Below are positions 17,752 through 26,701 of a stretch of 42,202 nt of DNA, piece by piece. The DNA is from Euryarchaeota archaeon UBA173 (GTDB taxonomy: Archaea > Thermoplasmatota > Poseidoniia > Poseidoniales > Thalassarchaeaceae). Each line of letters opens with the position of its first letter. Position 1 is the stretch's first letter. Position numbers and translations under genes: made by a program. Under the pieces are notes generated by a model. It was not told the DNA's origin. It did no database searches and saw nothing but the letters and a program-made list of their open reading frames with translations. The stretch covers positions 457 through 42,658 of the forward strand of contig DAJH01000015.1 of assembly GCA_002498925.1 (NCBI GenBank), written 5' to 3'.

Positions 17752-18927
17752 CTATTCCAGAGTACGGGTGAATGCCTGGATACCGGTGATATGTCTTCCA
17801 AGTATCAGATTGTGGATATCGTGTGTCCCCTCATAGGTTTTCACAGACTCCAGATTCGCCATGTGCCTCATTACCGGATACTCATCTAGAATCCCATTAG
17901 CACCGTGGATATCCCTGGCGACGCGAGCAATCTCAAGAGCGATATCGACATTATTCATCTTGGCTAAAGAGATATGTTCAGGAATCCATGTGCCCGCATC
18001 TTTCTTTTGCGAAAGGTGGTAGGCCAGAAGTTGGGCCTTCGTAATCTCCCTGAGCATCCATGATAGTTTGTTCTGGACTAATTGGTATGATGCGATCGGA
18101 TAATCGAATTGAATCCTGCTCATTGCATACTCCTTGGCAGAGTCGAAGCAGGCTTGAGCAGAACCAATGGCCCCCCATGAGATTCCGTATCTAGCGTTAT
18201 TTAGGCAAGAAAATGGTCCTCTGAGTCCCTTAACGCCGGGTAGGAGCCTATCCTTGGGTATTTTGCAGTCCTGGAAAACCAACTCACTGGTGACCGATGC
18301 CTTCAGTGAATGCTTCCCCTTCATTTCAGGTGCCGTGAAGCCCTCATCGTCCTTCTCGACGATGAACCCTCTAATGACCCCATCGAGCTTGGCCCAAACG
18401 ACTGCAACTTGGGCTATAGTGCCGTTTGTAATCCACATCTTCGCCCCGTTCAATAGATAGTGATCACCCATATCCTCGGCCTTGGTTATCATGTCACCGG
18501 GATTGGACCCATAGTCGGGCTCAGTCAGGCCAAAGCACCCAATCCACTCTCCGCTAGCCATCTTTGGGAGATAGTGATTTTTCTGCTCCTCCGAGCCAAA
18601 GTCCCAGATCGGATACATTGCGAGAGAGCCCTGAACTGATGCGAAAGAACGTAGTCCGCTATCCCCTCTCTCTAGCTCCCTGCATATCACTCCGTACGCA
18701 GTGTATGAAAGGCCCGGGCAACCATATCCCTTCAAGGGGGCGCCAAGCACTCCCATGTTGCCTAACTCGACCCTCCATTCATCGGGAAACTCTCCGTCCC
18801 TGCAGGCCTGTTCGATCTTAGGCAAGACCTCGTTATCAACGAAGTCTCTTACCATGTCCCTGACCATTCTTTCCTCCTCTGTCAACAACGAGTCGACATC
18901 GTAGAAGTCTAGAGCGTCGTACGGCAT
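17752..18927 (-). CDS. Acyl-CoA dehydrogenase, glutaryl-CoA dehydrogenase-like
   Basis: ELERGDSGLRS..SVQGSL.MYPI, GCFGLTEPDYGS, KMWITN, LESVKTYEGTHDIH. Upstream of etfBA. Confidence 0.9.
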   Translation of the reverse strand: MPYDALDFYDVDSLLTEEERMVRDMVRDFVDNEVLPKIEQACRDGEFPDEWRVELGNMGVLGAPLKGYGCPGLSYTAYGVICRELERGDSGLRSFASVQGSLAMYPIWDFGSEEQKNHYLPKMASGEWIGCFGLTEPDYGSNPGDMITKAEDMGDHYLLNGAKMWITNGTIAQVAVVWAKLDGVIRGFIVEKDDEGFTAPEMKGKHSLKASVTSELVFQDCKIPKDRLLPGVKGLRGPFSCLNNARYGISWGAIGSAQACFDSAKEYAMSRIQFDYPIASYQLVQNKLSWMLREITKAQLLAYHLSQKKDAGTWIPEHISLAKMNNVDIALEIARVARDIHGANGILDEYPVMRHMANLESVKTYEGTHDIHNLILGRHITGIQAFTRTLE

Positions 18928-18983
18928 GTTCTCGTGTCGCTGCGAACGCAGTTACCTCATCAAGGTATGGCAGTGGCAGTGCC

Positions 18984-20207
18984 TTATTTCCTGCCTCTGC
19001 TTCTACGTCTGGAGTCTCTCTTGGAGAACTCCTTTTCCTCATCTGAGCCGATTTTCATAGTGACCCAGTGACTAAGACGTGGCGACATTGACATCAATAT
19101 GCTGAGGACTACCCCAAAGATGACCAGGGGGAATGCAATCATGATTACTAGCCCCATCAGTCCGCCGATCCAAGAATCATCTGGGGGAGGGTGGAAACTG
19201 AGGATTGTGCCCCTATCGGTTAAGATCCATCCACTGTCCCTGTCAGTCGCCCAAGTCGCAACGATCCTCTCTCCCGATACCGTGGAGTCAAAATCAACCA
19301 CATCCGAGTTTTCTAGCCATGGGAAAGATGCATTGAGCCCAGTATCGTGTTCGACAAGCGAGAATGGCGTTAGGGATATTATCGACCTATCTTCGTGTTG
19401 ATCTTCTATGCCGGTGAATATCCCTCCAGCACCTGTAATTTCGCTAATACTGACTGTGGATGAAGAAGGACTAGTCGCATCTAGGTCAACCATCCCTATG
19501 GCATCCTCAGAGGTAAATACGCAGACATCCTCCGTCATCGGGCAAACTAATCCGTTCCATGGGTATATGCCCCCTCCTACCCAGTGTACAGCGTGGTCCC
19601 TGTCGATAATCGCTATTCCGTCATATGTTGTGCCGACCACACAAAGGAGAATTTCTCCATGACACTCGATTTCCGTTATCTTACTGCCCGTTCCAAGACC
19701 CTCTAGGGTATGCACTTCGGCCCCTCCGTCGCTGGAAGCCCTCATCCTCCATATTGTACCGTCGTCGGATCCAACGTAAGCCCAAGATCCCCCTTGGTTC
19801 CAAGCGACAGCAGTTAGGGTGGATTCACCGAACTCATCGTGGCCCCCTGCATCAGTGACGGAGTGATCTTCGGTCGCGTACCTAAGGACCGCCCCCCCTT
19901 CTCCCACTACTAGTGCAGTAAGGCCACCCGGGTGGTAGTCAGCGTCATTTAGCACGGTCTCCCCTACCACCGGCATAGGCACCTGTATCGATGGATCGGC
20001 CGCATTGATCATTTTCATCATGGACTCTTCGCCGTATGCAAGTACCCACCTCCCCGAGGGATCGAGAGTCGCACCATTGAGTCCCAAATCAGTAGAAGAC
20101 AGACTATCCATCTCATCAAGCACTACAGCGGACTCAGCATACACCGGAGCAGCCGAGAATAAAGTTGCAGATAGCAATATCAATGCCAAAGACGACGCTC
20201 TTGCCAT
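18984..20207 (-). CDS. Secreted, membrane-anchored beta-propeller (WD40-like) protein
   Basis: Signal peptide (..VYA|ES), repeated blades (DYHPGG..ALVVG, AWNQGG..AYVG), C-terminal TM and a basic tail. Confidence 0.72.
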   Translation of the reverse strand: MARASSLALILLSATLFSAAPVYAESAVVLDEMDSLSSTDLGLNGATLDPSGRWVLAYGEESMMKMINAADPSIQVPMPVVGETVLNDADYHPGGLTALVVGEGGAVLRYATEDHSVTDAGGHDEFGESTLTAVAWNQGGSWAYVGSDDGTIWRMRASSDGGAEVHTLEGLGTGSKITEIECHGEILLCVVGTTYDGIAIIDRDHAVHWVGGGIYPWNGLVCPMTEDVCVFTSEDAIGMVDLDATSPSSSTVSISEITGAGGIFTGIEDQHEDRSIISLTPFSLVEHDTGLNASFPWLENSDVVDFDSTVSGERIVATWATDRDSGWILTDRGTILSFHPPPDDSWIGGLMGLVIMIAFPLVIFGVVLSILMSMSPRLSHWVTMKIGSDEEKEFSKRDSRRRSRGRK

Positions 20208-20249
20208 AACCCTCCGACACGTAACAATGGTTTAGCCCGTTCGACCGAC

Positions 20250-20268
20250 GACTTCAGGTACCGAAGTC
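20250..20268. promoter_or_regulatory. Near-perfect palindrome in a divergent promoter region
   Basis: GACTTC(A)GGT|ACCGAAGTC lies between starts at 20207(-) and 20307(+). Confidence 0.35.
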
Positions 20269-20306
20269 AAGGCAGATTTGAAGAGTGACTCACCCGGCGC
20301 AAACCC

Positions 20307-20819
20307 ATGGAGCGATTCGACGTCAGACGAGGACTAATCAAACAGGTGAGCAGTGAAGGGGGCCTTTCTGCCCTAGCGGAAGGGTATTTTGAACAAGTGG
20401 AGAGTACGGGGGAGAACTCGTTCCTGGGTTCCCATGGCATCATGACTTCCATCAGCGGGAGTTACGAAGGTAGCGCCCTATTGATCGATGTCACAAACGT
20501 ACCTCCCAATTTCGACGACCCTGAAGAGGTCAAATCTGCAATGGATGCGAGGAAGAGGTGGACATTATTTCTTGACGATGCAACCGGTTATAATTCGAAG
20601 CAGAGAGGGGATAAGGCGAAAGAATGGGCCAAAAAGGCATCCAAGGCCAAATCGGCAATTAGCGCTACTCGGCATTTCATCGAGATGGCAGATTCCCTAC
20701 CCGAGGATAAGATTTCAGAGGCAGAGTCAATTATAGCGGAGATTGAGCAGGCCCTGGAGTCGAATGACAACACGAAAGCGGCTGGACGAGCTGAGAAGCT
20801 AAACAAGTTGTTCAATTAG
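20307..20819 (+). CDS. DUF5611/COG4004-like archaeal protein with a C-terminal helical extension
   Basis: N-terminal F.VRRG and FLDDATGYNSKQR resemble the Thermoplasma TA0095 family pattern (Y.VKKG...TGY.AKER). Confidence 0.65.
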   Translation: MERFDVRRGLIKQVSSEGGLSALAEGYFEQVESTGENSFLGSHGIMTSISGSYEGSALLIDVTNVPPNFDDPEEVKSAMDARKRWTLFLDDATGYNSKQRGDKAKEWAKKASKAKSAISATRHFIEMADSLPEDKISEAESIIAEIEQALESNDNTKAAGRAEKLNKLFN

Positions 20820-20827
20820 GTGATACG

Positions 20828-21946
20828 ATGGACGAAAAGGAATCCCCATCCAATCTGGATAAGGACTCCGAGGACGCAATACAATCCATGTTCTCTGGTT
20901 GCGAGGAGGTGGTGGGCGTTGAGCATGTTACCTCTGTCCTCTCGGGTGCGCCTTCACATTCGGGCGATGACCAACTTGTAGCATACATTGGATTGGAGCC
21001 TAGTGGAAAGGCACATCTGGGCTGGGTCATCCTTTCGGACACTATTCGGAATCTACTTGATTCAGGTGTTAATGTGATTGTTCTACTGGCAGACTGGCAT
21101 GCATGGGTCAATGACAAGTTTGACAGGGACATGGACAAGATATCTCTTGCTGGTGACTACATGAAAGAGGTCTTCAGGACCCTTCTGGGCAATCCCCCGG
21201 AGGGGGAAGGCCCCGGGCAGATTAGATTTATTCGAGCATCGGAGGTCATGGATTCTGGAAAATACTGGGAGAGGGTCTTGAGGTGCTCCAAGAATATGAG
21301 CCTATCAAGAGTAAGGAGGACATTCAGCATAATGGGAAGGGCCGAGGATTCTTCTGATCACGATCTCTCTGCCTTCTATTACCCCGCTCTTCAGGCAGCC
21401 GATATTTTCGAATTGAAAGTCGATATTGCATTTGGGGGGATGGACCAAAGGAAGGCTCACATGTACATGAGAGAAGTAGCTGACCGGAATGGGTGGACCA
21501 AGGCTACGTGTATCCATACGCCAATGCTCTCGGGGCTCAAGGGGTCCGGGGGTCGAATGGACTCATATGACCACAAAATGTCAAAGTCAGATCCAAATAA
21601 TGCAATCTTGATGCATGACGATCTGGATTCTCTGAGGAAGAAGATGAAGAAAGCGTTCTTGGAAGTTGGAAATTCCTCATCTGCAGTATTCGAAATGGTC
21701 GAATACATCATTTTGCCTAGACTCGGGAAGGTCAAAGTCTCACCAGACCCAAAATACGGCGAACCGTCTGAGTTCAGCGACCTTGAATCCTTCTCAAATG
21801 CTGTATCGGATGGAACAGTTCACCCTCTAGATGCAAAAATGGCTGTGGCCGAAGGACTCTCCGAAGTACTGGCTCCCGTTTCCGAGCACTTCTCTTCCAG
21901 AACGGAACTAATGTCAGCAATTAATTCCATCACCGGCTCCCAGTAG
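20828..21946 (+). CDS. tyrS: Tyrosine--tRNA ligase (archaeal type)
   Basis: AYIGLEPSGKAHLG, LADWHA, YPALQAAD, GGMDQRKAH, KMSKS, HPLDAK. Confidence 0.96.
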   Translation: MDEKESPSNLDKDSEDAIQSMFSGCEEVVGVEHVTSVLSGAPSHSGDDQLVAYIGLEPSGKAHLGWVILSDTIRNLLDSGVNVIVLLADWHAWVNDKFDRDMDKISLAGDYMKEVFRTLLGNPPEGEGPGQIRFIRASEVMDSGKYWERVLRCSKNMSLSRVRRTFSIMGRAEDSSDHDLSAFYYPALQAADIFELKVDIAFGGMDQRKAHMYMREVADRNGWTKATCIHTPMLSGLKGSGGRMDSYDHKMSKSDPNNAILMHDDLDSLRKKMKKAFLEVGNSSSAVFEMVEYIILPRLGKVKVSPDPKYGEPSEFSDLESFSNAVSDGTVHPLDAKMAVAEGLSEVLAPVSEHFSSRTELMSAINSITGSQ

Positions 21947-22028
21947 GCCATTGAAATATTGACTCCGGCCGAATTTCTTCGGGGCAGATATCATAACCTC
22001 TCCTCGCCGGGAGGGAGCGAGGGAAACT

Positions 22029-23579
22029 ATGTCAGAGGTAGGTATTGACGACATCGCGATTCACTTTCCACGCCTCTATTTCGATATGAAGGACTTCGCA
22101 GAGTTCAGGGGCGCGGATTTCAGTAAATTGAACAAGGGACTCGGCCTTTCGGCAATGGCAATACCGGATTTTCACGAAGATACTGCAACAATGGGTGCGA
22201 ATGCCGCCTCAAGGCTGATTGATAGAAATGGAATAGATCCAAGCTCGATAGGTAGAATTTACCTGGGCACGGAGTCAGCGCTCGACGGTGCCAAGCCAAC
22301 CGCCACATACATCATGGATATGCTTGAGCAGAAATACTCGCCCGAGTTCGGCTCGGAATGCTTCAGGAATTGTGATGTTGTGGACTTGACTTTCGCGTGT
22401 ATCGGGGCAGTCGATGCGATGCATAATACGCTAGATTGGGTGGCTCGAGGGGGTATCGATGAAGACCGAATTGGAATAGTGGTCTTTGCTGACAATGCCA
22501 AGTATGATCTCGGCTCTAGCGGAGAGTACACCCAAGGAGCAGGGGGAGGGGCAATACTGATCAGACATAATCCCAGACTTCTGGCTATTCCTGATATCTG
22601 GGGGGTTTCTACTATGCCAGTACATGATTTCTTCAAGCCGCGCAGGGAGGTCGAAACTAGGTCGATCATTGAAAATGTCCTAGAGTTGGCCGTCGAAAGT
22701 GGAGAGAAGATCAAGGATGGCCTCGTTGACAAAATCATGGATGTCCTCCCCTCGTCCAGTAAGAAGGACGAGTTGATTTTCGAGAATGAGAAGTTGATGG
22801 TCCACAAGGATATGCCAGTTTTCGATGGACAGTTCTCCAATAGGTGCTATTCTGAATCAGTAAAAACCGCATTCATTGATTTCAGGGAGAAGGCAGTAAG
22901 GGATGGCAGGTATAGCCCAGAAAAAGATGAGATCCTTACGGAGCAATGGATGAGGATAATCGTTCACTTGCCATATGCGTTCCAGGGAAAAAGGATGTTC
23001 CCCGACGTATTCAGACACGATAGGAGGAACCTCCCATTGTGGAAGCAGATCGAAGAGGAGATCGGCCCCGAGCCATTTCCCGAGGATTTCTCGGATTCCC
23101 CCGAGGGCTTAGAGGAATTTGAGAAGGCAAACGACCAGTACAGAAGGCTCATTTCAAAGACGGAGCAATTCAAGGAGTTCGCGGAGATGAGAATCGAAAA
23201 AACCCAGAGGGCGTCTAGCCTAATCGGTAATCAGTACACCGGCTCAATTTTCCTAGCTCTGATGTCTGCTATGGAAAGTGACTTTCTGGAGGAAGTTGAC
23301 ATGGGTGGGGAGAGAGTGGGGCTCTGTGGCTATGGATCCGGAGCAAAGGCCAAGGTTTTCGAGGGCATAGTCCAGCCTCATTGGAGAGAAGTGACTGCGA
23401 GATTCGAACTATTCGAGAGGTTATCACAGCGTCACGCCATTGACAAATCCGAGTATGAGTCACTTCACCGTGGTAGTAGAAAGGAATCTGTCTTGCCGCC
23501 AAATAGTGAGTTCGCCCTGGTTGGAATAGGCGCTGAAGGGGATCTTGAAGGGCAGCGAAGATACTCGTGGTTCGAATGA
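22029..23579 (+). CDS. mvaS: Hydroxymethylglutaryl-CoA synthase (bacterial MvaS-like)
   Basis: GIDDI, EDTATM, GTES, FACIG (catalytic Cys), DNAKY, EYTQGAG, DFFKP, HLPYA, GNQYTGS, GYGSG. Confidence 0.9.
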   Translation: MSEVGIDDIAIHFPRLYFDMKDFAEFRGADFSKLNKGLGLSAMAIPDFHEDTATMGANAASRLIDRNGIDPSSIGRIYLGTESALDGAKPTATYIMDMLEQKYSPEFGSECFRNCDVVDLTFACIGAVDAMHNTLDWVARGGIDEDRIGIVVFADNAKYDLGSSGEYTQGAGGGAILIRHNPRLLAIPDIWGVSTMPVHDFFKPRREVETRSIIENVLELAVESGEKIKDGLVDKIMDVLPSSSKKDELIFENEKLMVHKDMPVFDGQFSNRCYSESVKTAFIDFREKAVRDGRYSPEKDEILTEQWMRIIVHLPYAFQGKRMFPDVFRHDRRNLPLWKQIEEEIGPEPFPEDFSDSPEGLEEFEKANDQYRRLISKTEQFKEFAEMRIEKTQRASSLIGNQYTGSIFLALMSAMESDFLEEVDMGGERVGLCGYGSGAKAKVFEGIVQPHWREVTARFELFERLSQRHAIDKSEYESLHRGSRKESVLPPNSEFALVGIGAEGDLEGQRRYSWFE

Positions 23580-24770
23580 TTACTCGGGCATGATTGACCG
23601 ACTAATCACAATTCTTTGGACCTCTTGAGTCCCTTCATAGATTTGTGTAATCTTTGCATCTCTGAAGAACCTCTCAACAGGGAAGTCTGTCGTGTATCCG
23701 TATCCTCCGAGGACTTGAACCGCCCTTTCAGTTACCCACATTGCCGTATCCCCAGCAAAAAGCTTAGCCATACTGGCCTCCTTTGTGTGCCTCGGCGCGC
23801 CTTCCTCGTAATGCTTCATCTTGGCCCATGCCGATCTGTATACCATCATTCTCGAAGCATCAATCCTCGTCGCCATTTCTGCTAGGTAGTTTCCAATACT
23901 CTGATGGAGTGCAATGGGCTTTCCAAACGCCTCCCTCTCATGAGCATAGTTTAGGGCGGACTCATAAGCCCCCTGGGAAATTCCCAATGCCTGTGCAGCA
24001 ATCCCAATTCTCGAATTATCCAAGGCATTCATTGCTATCGGGAATCCCTTTCCGGAACCCTTCAGTACGTTCTCAATGGGGACCTTACAGTCTTCAAGGA
24101 GAAGGGAGCACGTGTCCGAGGACCTTATCCCAAGCTTATCCTCCTTCTTGCCAACAGAGAATCCCTCAAATGACTTCTCAACTATGAATGCGGTTGTCCC
24201 CCCATGCTTCTTAACTCCGAAGTCTGGATGGTCTACATCCTTCGCAAAAAGGACGTATATGTCAGCACTACTCCCATTGGTGACCCACATCTTCTCCCCA
24301 TTGAGGATGTAGTGAGTCCCATCTTCACTTATCTTGGCCTTGCAGCTCATTGCTGCAGCATCAGTCCCCGCTCCAGCCTCAGACAATGAATAAGCACCAA
24401 TTTCATTTTTAGCGAGTCTGCCCAGATACTCCTTCTTTTGCGACTCATTTCCGTGCAATGCTATGGTTTTCGAGCATAGTCCGACATGGACGCAGTACAT
24501 CACTGAGAATGAGGGATCAACCCTAGCAAGCTCTTCCACGATTATTGCCTCGGTGATATCGTCCACAGGGCTACCCCCATATTCCTCCGGAATTGTGATT
24601 CCCTGAAGGCCATATTCACAGAATGATTCCCACTCGTCAAGAGGAGCCCTCTGTTCCCTATCCCTCTCCAAGGTTGAAGGTGAGAGAACATCCTCTGCAA
24701 ACCCTCTGACCATCTCTCGAATCATGCTCTGCTCTTCATTTTCAGCGAAATCCATGGGCATCTCCGACAC
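23580..24770 (-). CDS. Acyl-CoA dehydrogenase (short/branched-chain family)
   Basis: AYSLSEAGAGTD, GEKMWVTN, KLGIRSS, RIGIAAQ, QVLGGYGY, RDAKITQIYEGT. Confidence 0.94.
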   Translation of the reverse strand: MSEMPMDFAENEEQSMIREMVRGFAEDVLSPSTLERDREQRAPLDEWESFCEYGLQGITIPEEYGGSPVDDITEAIIVEELARVDPSFSVMYCVHVGLCSKTIALHGNESQKKEYLGRLAKNEIGAYSLSEAGAGTDAAAMSCKAKISEDGTHYILNGEKMWVTNGSSADIYVLFAKDVDHPDFGVKKHGGTTAFIVEKSFEGFSVGKKEDKLGIRSSDTCSLLLEDCKVPIENVLKGSGKGFPIAMNALDNSRIGIAAQALGISQGAYESALNYAHEREAFGKPIALHQSIGNYLAEMATRIDASRMMVYRSAWAKMKHYEEGAPRHTKEASMAKLFAGDTAMWVTERAVQVLGGYGYTTDFPVERFFRDAKITQIYEGTQEVQRIVISRSIMPE

Positions 24771-24870
24771 TCCGAAAGGCCAGACATTGTTAATCTCTCG
24801 TGGGGGAAATTCTGAAATTCAATAAGCGAATAGTTGAAAACCGGTTTCGGTCGGCGGCCGGACGAATCAC

Positions 24871-25404
24871 ATGGCAGATGGCGGCTACTCGGAGTTCAGC
24901 ATAGCACATGACCGAATGTATACATTGGAGCATTTATGGCTTCAAGTCCTCGATGAAGACAAGGATGATGGCACTACAAGTATCAAGATAGGCATCAGCG
25001 AATTTCTGATGGCCGAGTACGGAGAAGTGATACAGGCAGTGCTAGCGAGGCCTAGAGACGAAGAAGAATACAAGATAGAGGGCGATGCAGGACTTTCGGA
25101 AGACGACGAGATCGACGAGATCCCAGCCGTATCCTCCGATGGGGACCAAATCGGAGTCGATGATCTACTGATCATTGTAACCACAAAGTTTGATGGCGAA
25201 TTTGATAGAATTCTCATCAACGCCCCTTTCCCTTGTATGATTTCGGAATTGAATGGACATGTAGAAGATAACCCCGATCTACTGAATGAGGATGCATATG
25301 GGGATGGTTGGTGCATCATAGTCAAGACGCAATCGAGCGATTTTGATGTAGATCAATTCCTGAACAAGGACGAGTACATCGAGATGTTGAACGAGCTCCC
25401 CTAG
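24871..25404 (+). CDS. Divergent glycine cleavage H-like (lipoyl carrier fold) protein
   Basis: YTLEHLW, IGIS, NAP...ELN..VEDNPDLLNEDAYGDGW. Contains an acidic insertion, and the lipoyl motif is degenerate (VTTKF). Confidence 0.75.
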   Translation: MADGGYSEFSIAHDRMYTLEHLWLQVLDEDKDDGTTSIKIGISEFLMAEYGEVIQAVLARPRDEEEYKIEGDAGLSEDDEIDEIPAVSSDGDQIGVDDLLIIVTTKFDGEFDRILINAPFPCMISELNGHVEDNPDLLNEDAYGDGWCIIVKTQSSDFDVDQFLNKDEYIEMLNELP

Positions 25405-26672
25405 GGCCACTCCATCTTCTTCCATTCCGTCGGATCCGAATCTTCCCAGTCAATTTCTCCGAGTAGCTGAATTACCTCATCGAATGTGACAAGATCATCT
25501 TCGACCTGCCTTCTGTGCAGCCAACCCTTCAGCATGCCCAGACGTGGACCAGGGGGAAGCCCCGTTTCCCGAGTAAGATCATCACCATTCACTAGTGGTG
25601 CGAGTCCAGCCCTTGGAACGCCAATAATTCTCAGTGCCTCCGAGAAGGCAATGGTGTCCCGCCCTAGTGCTCCCATGTATTCAACAACCCTAATTTTTCT
25701 TTGTTCGGGTAGTGCGGCTGCGAACCTTCTGAGGTAACCGCTCCCTGTACTCATCATTTCCTCTCTGCAATTATGTAAAAAACAGACTTCATCCAGTATC
25801 GAGTTTTTGAGCATCAATTCCTTGCGTAGTGCCTTTCTTAATTGACCCCCATTGCCATCAAATTCCCTGCATAGAAGTGCTAGGTTAACCTCTAGATCGT
25901 CGCATAGAGTACATTCGGACTTCCTCAATAAAGATCCAGAAATATATTCCAAAACCCCCAAATCCTCCATTTTGCTAACTATCTCGTTAACTCTATTTCC
26001 TGAGAGGATAATGGATAATTCAGAACATATTCTCTCATTCGAAATCATGTCTAGCATCTCTAGGCTAGAGGATATTGCATCGGACAAGGAGTCATCCATC
26101 TCACGTATCCCTTCACTTCCTCCGTCCATGAATCTGAATGCCCTCAGGATCCTCAAGCCATCCTCTGAGATTCTTTCACTGGGGTTCCCCACTGATGCCA
26201 GGACTCCCTTCAGAAGGTCCTCCCTGCCATTGAACGGATCTATAAGAGAATCATCCCCATAGGGGTATTCAAGGGCCATTGCGTTAATTGTAAAATCCCT
26301 TCTGGAAAGATCGCCCTCTATATCCGTCCCAAACTCGACGTCATCCGGCCTCCTGCCATCCCCGTATGACCCATCGCTCCTCAGCGTGGTAACTTCCCAA
26401 ATTTGATTTCCCGAGACTTCCTCTTCTAGCCTCACGCAAACAGTGCCATATTTCGCACCAACCATGAGGGACCTAGGAAAAATTTTCTGCACTTCATCTG
26501 GATGGAGGGTGGTTGCAATGTCAACGTCAGTATCCCCTTTCCCAGAAATGGACTCTCTGACCCACCCTCCGACTATCCATGCCTGTCCCTTGCTCCTCAG
26601 CCCTTCGAGGACAATCAAATCCTCGGGCCGCAATAATGGATGCGCATGTCCCATGTTCCTTCCGGAGGCCAT
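25401..26672 (-). CDS. cca: Class II (bacterial-type) CCA tRNA nucleotidyltransferase
   Basis: VGGWVRE..DVDIAT, EVTTLR, DLSRRDFTINAMA, DPFNG..DL, EDGLRILRAFRF, ERI. Confidence 0.88.
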   Translation of the reverse strand: MASGRNMGHAHPLLRPEDLIVLEGLRSKGQAWIVGGWVRESISGKGDTDVDIATTLHPDEVQKIFPRSLMVGAKYGTVCVRLEEEVSGNQIWEVTTLRSDGSYGDGRRPDDVEFGTDIEGDLSRRDFTINAMALEYPYGDDSLIDPFNGREDLLKGVLASVGNPSERISEDGLRILRAFRFMDGGSEGIREMDDSLSDAISSSLEMLDMISNERICSELSIILSGNRVNEIVSKMEDLGVLEYISGSLLRKSECTLCDDLEVNLALLCREFDGNGGQLRKALRKELMLKNSILDEVCFLHNCREEMMSTGSGYLRRFAAALPEQRKIRVVEYMGALGRDTIAFSEALRIIGVPRAGLAPLVNGDDLTRETGLPPGPRLGMLKGWLHRRQVEDDLVTFDEVIQLLGEIDWEDSDPTEWKKMEWP

Positions 26673-26701
26673 AGTAACATCACTTCTTCGGAAAGATTCT
26701 G

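Noticed and set aside
21997-22023. Alternative GC-rich hairpins (TCCTCGC/GCGAGGG) just upstream of mvaS as a riboswitch-like switch
   Set aside because: The stems are short and a TATA-like tract at about 21988-21996 suggests most of it is not transcribed. There is no similarity to a known riboswitch.
24838-24847. 10-bp palindrome AAACCGGTTT, and likewise AACCCC-cgta-GGGGTT near 36643-36658
   Set aside because: Both are short enough to occur by chance in 42 kb and share no consensus.
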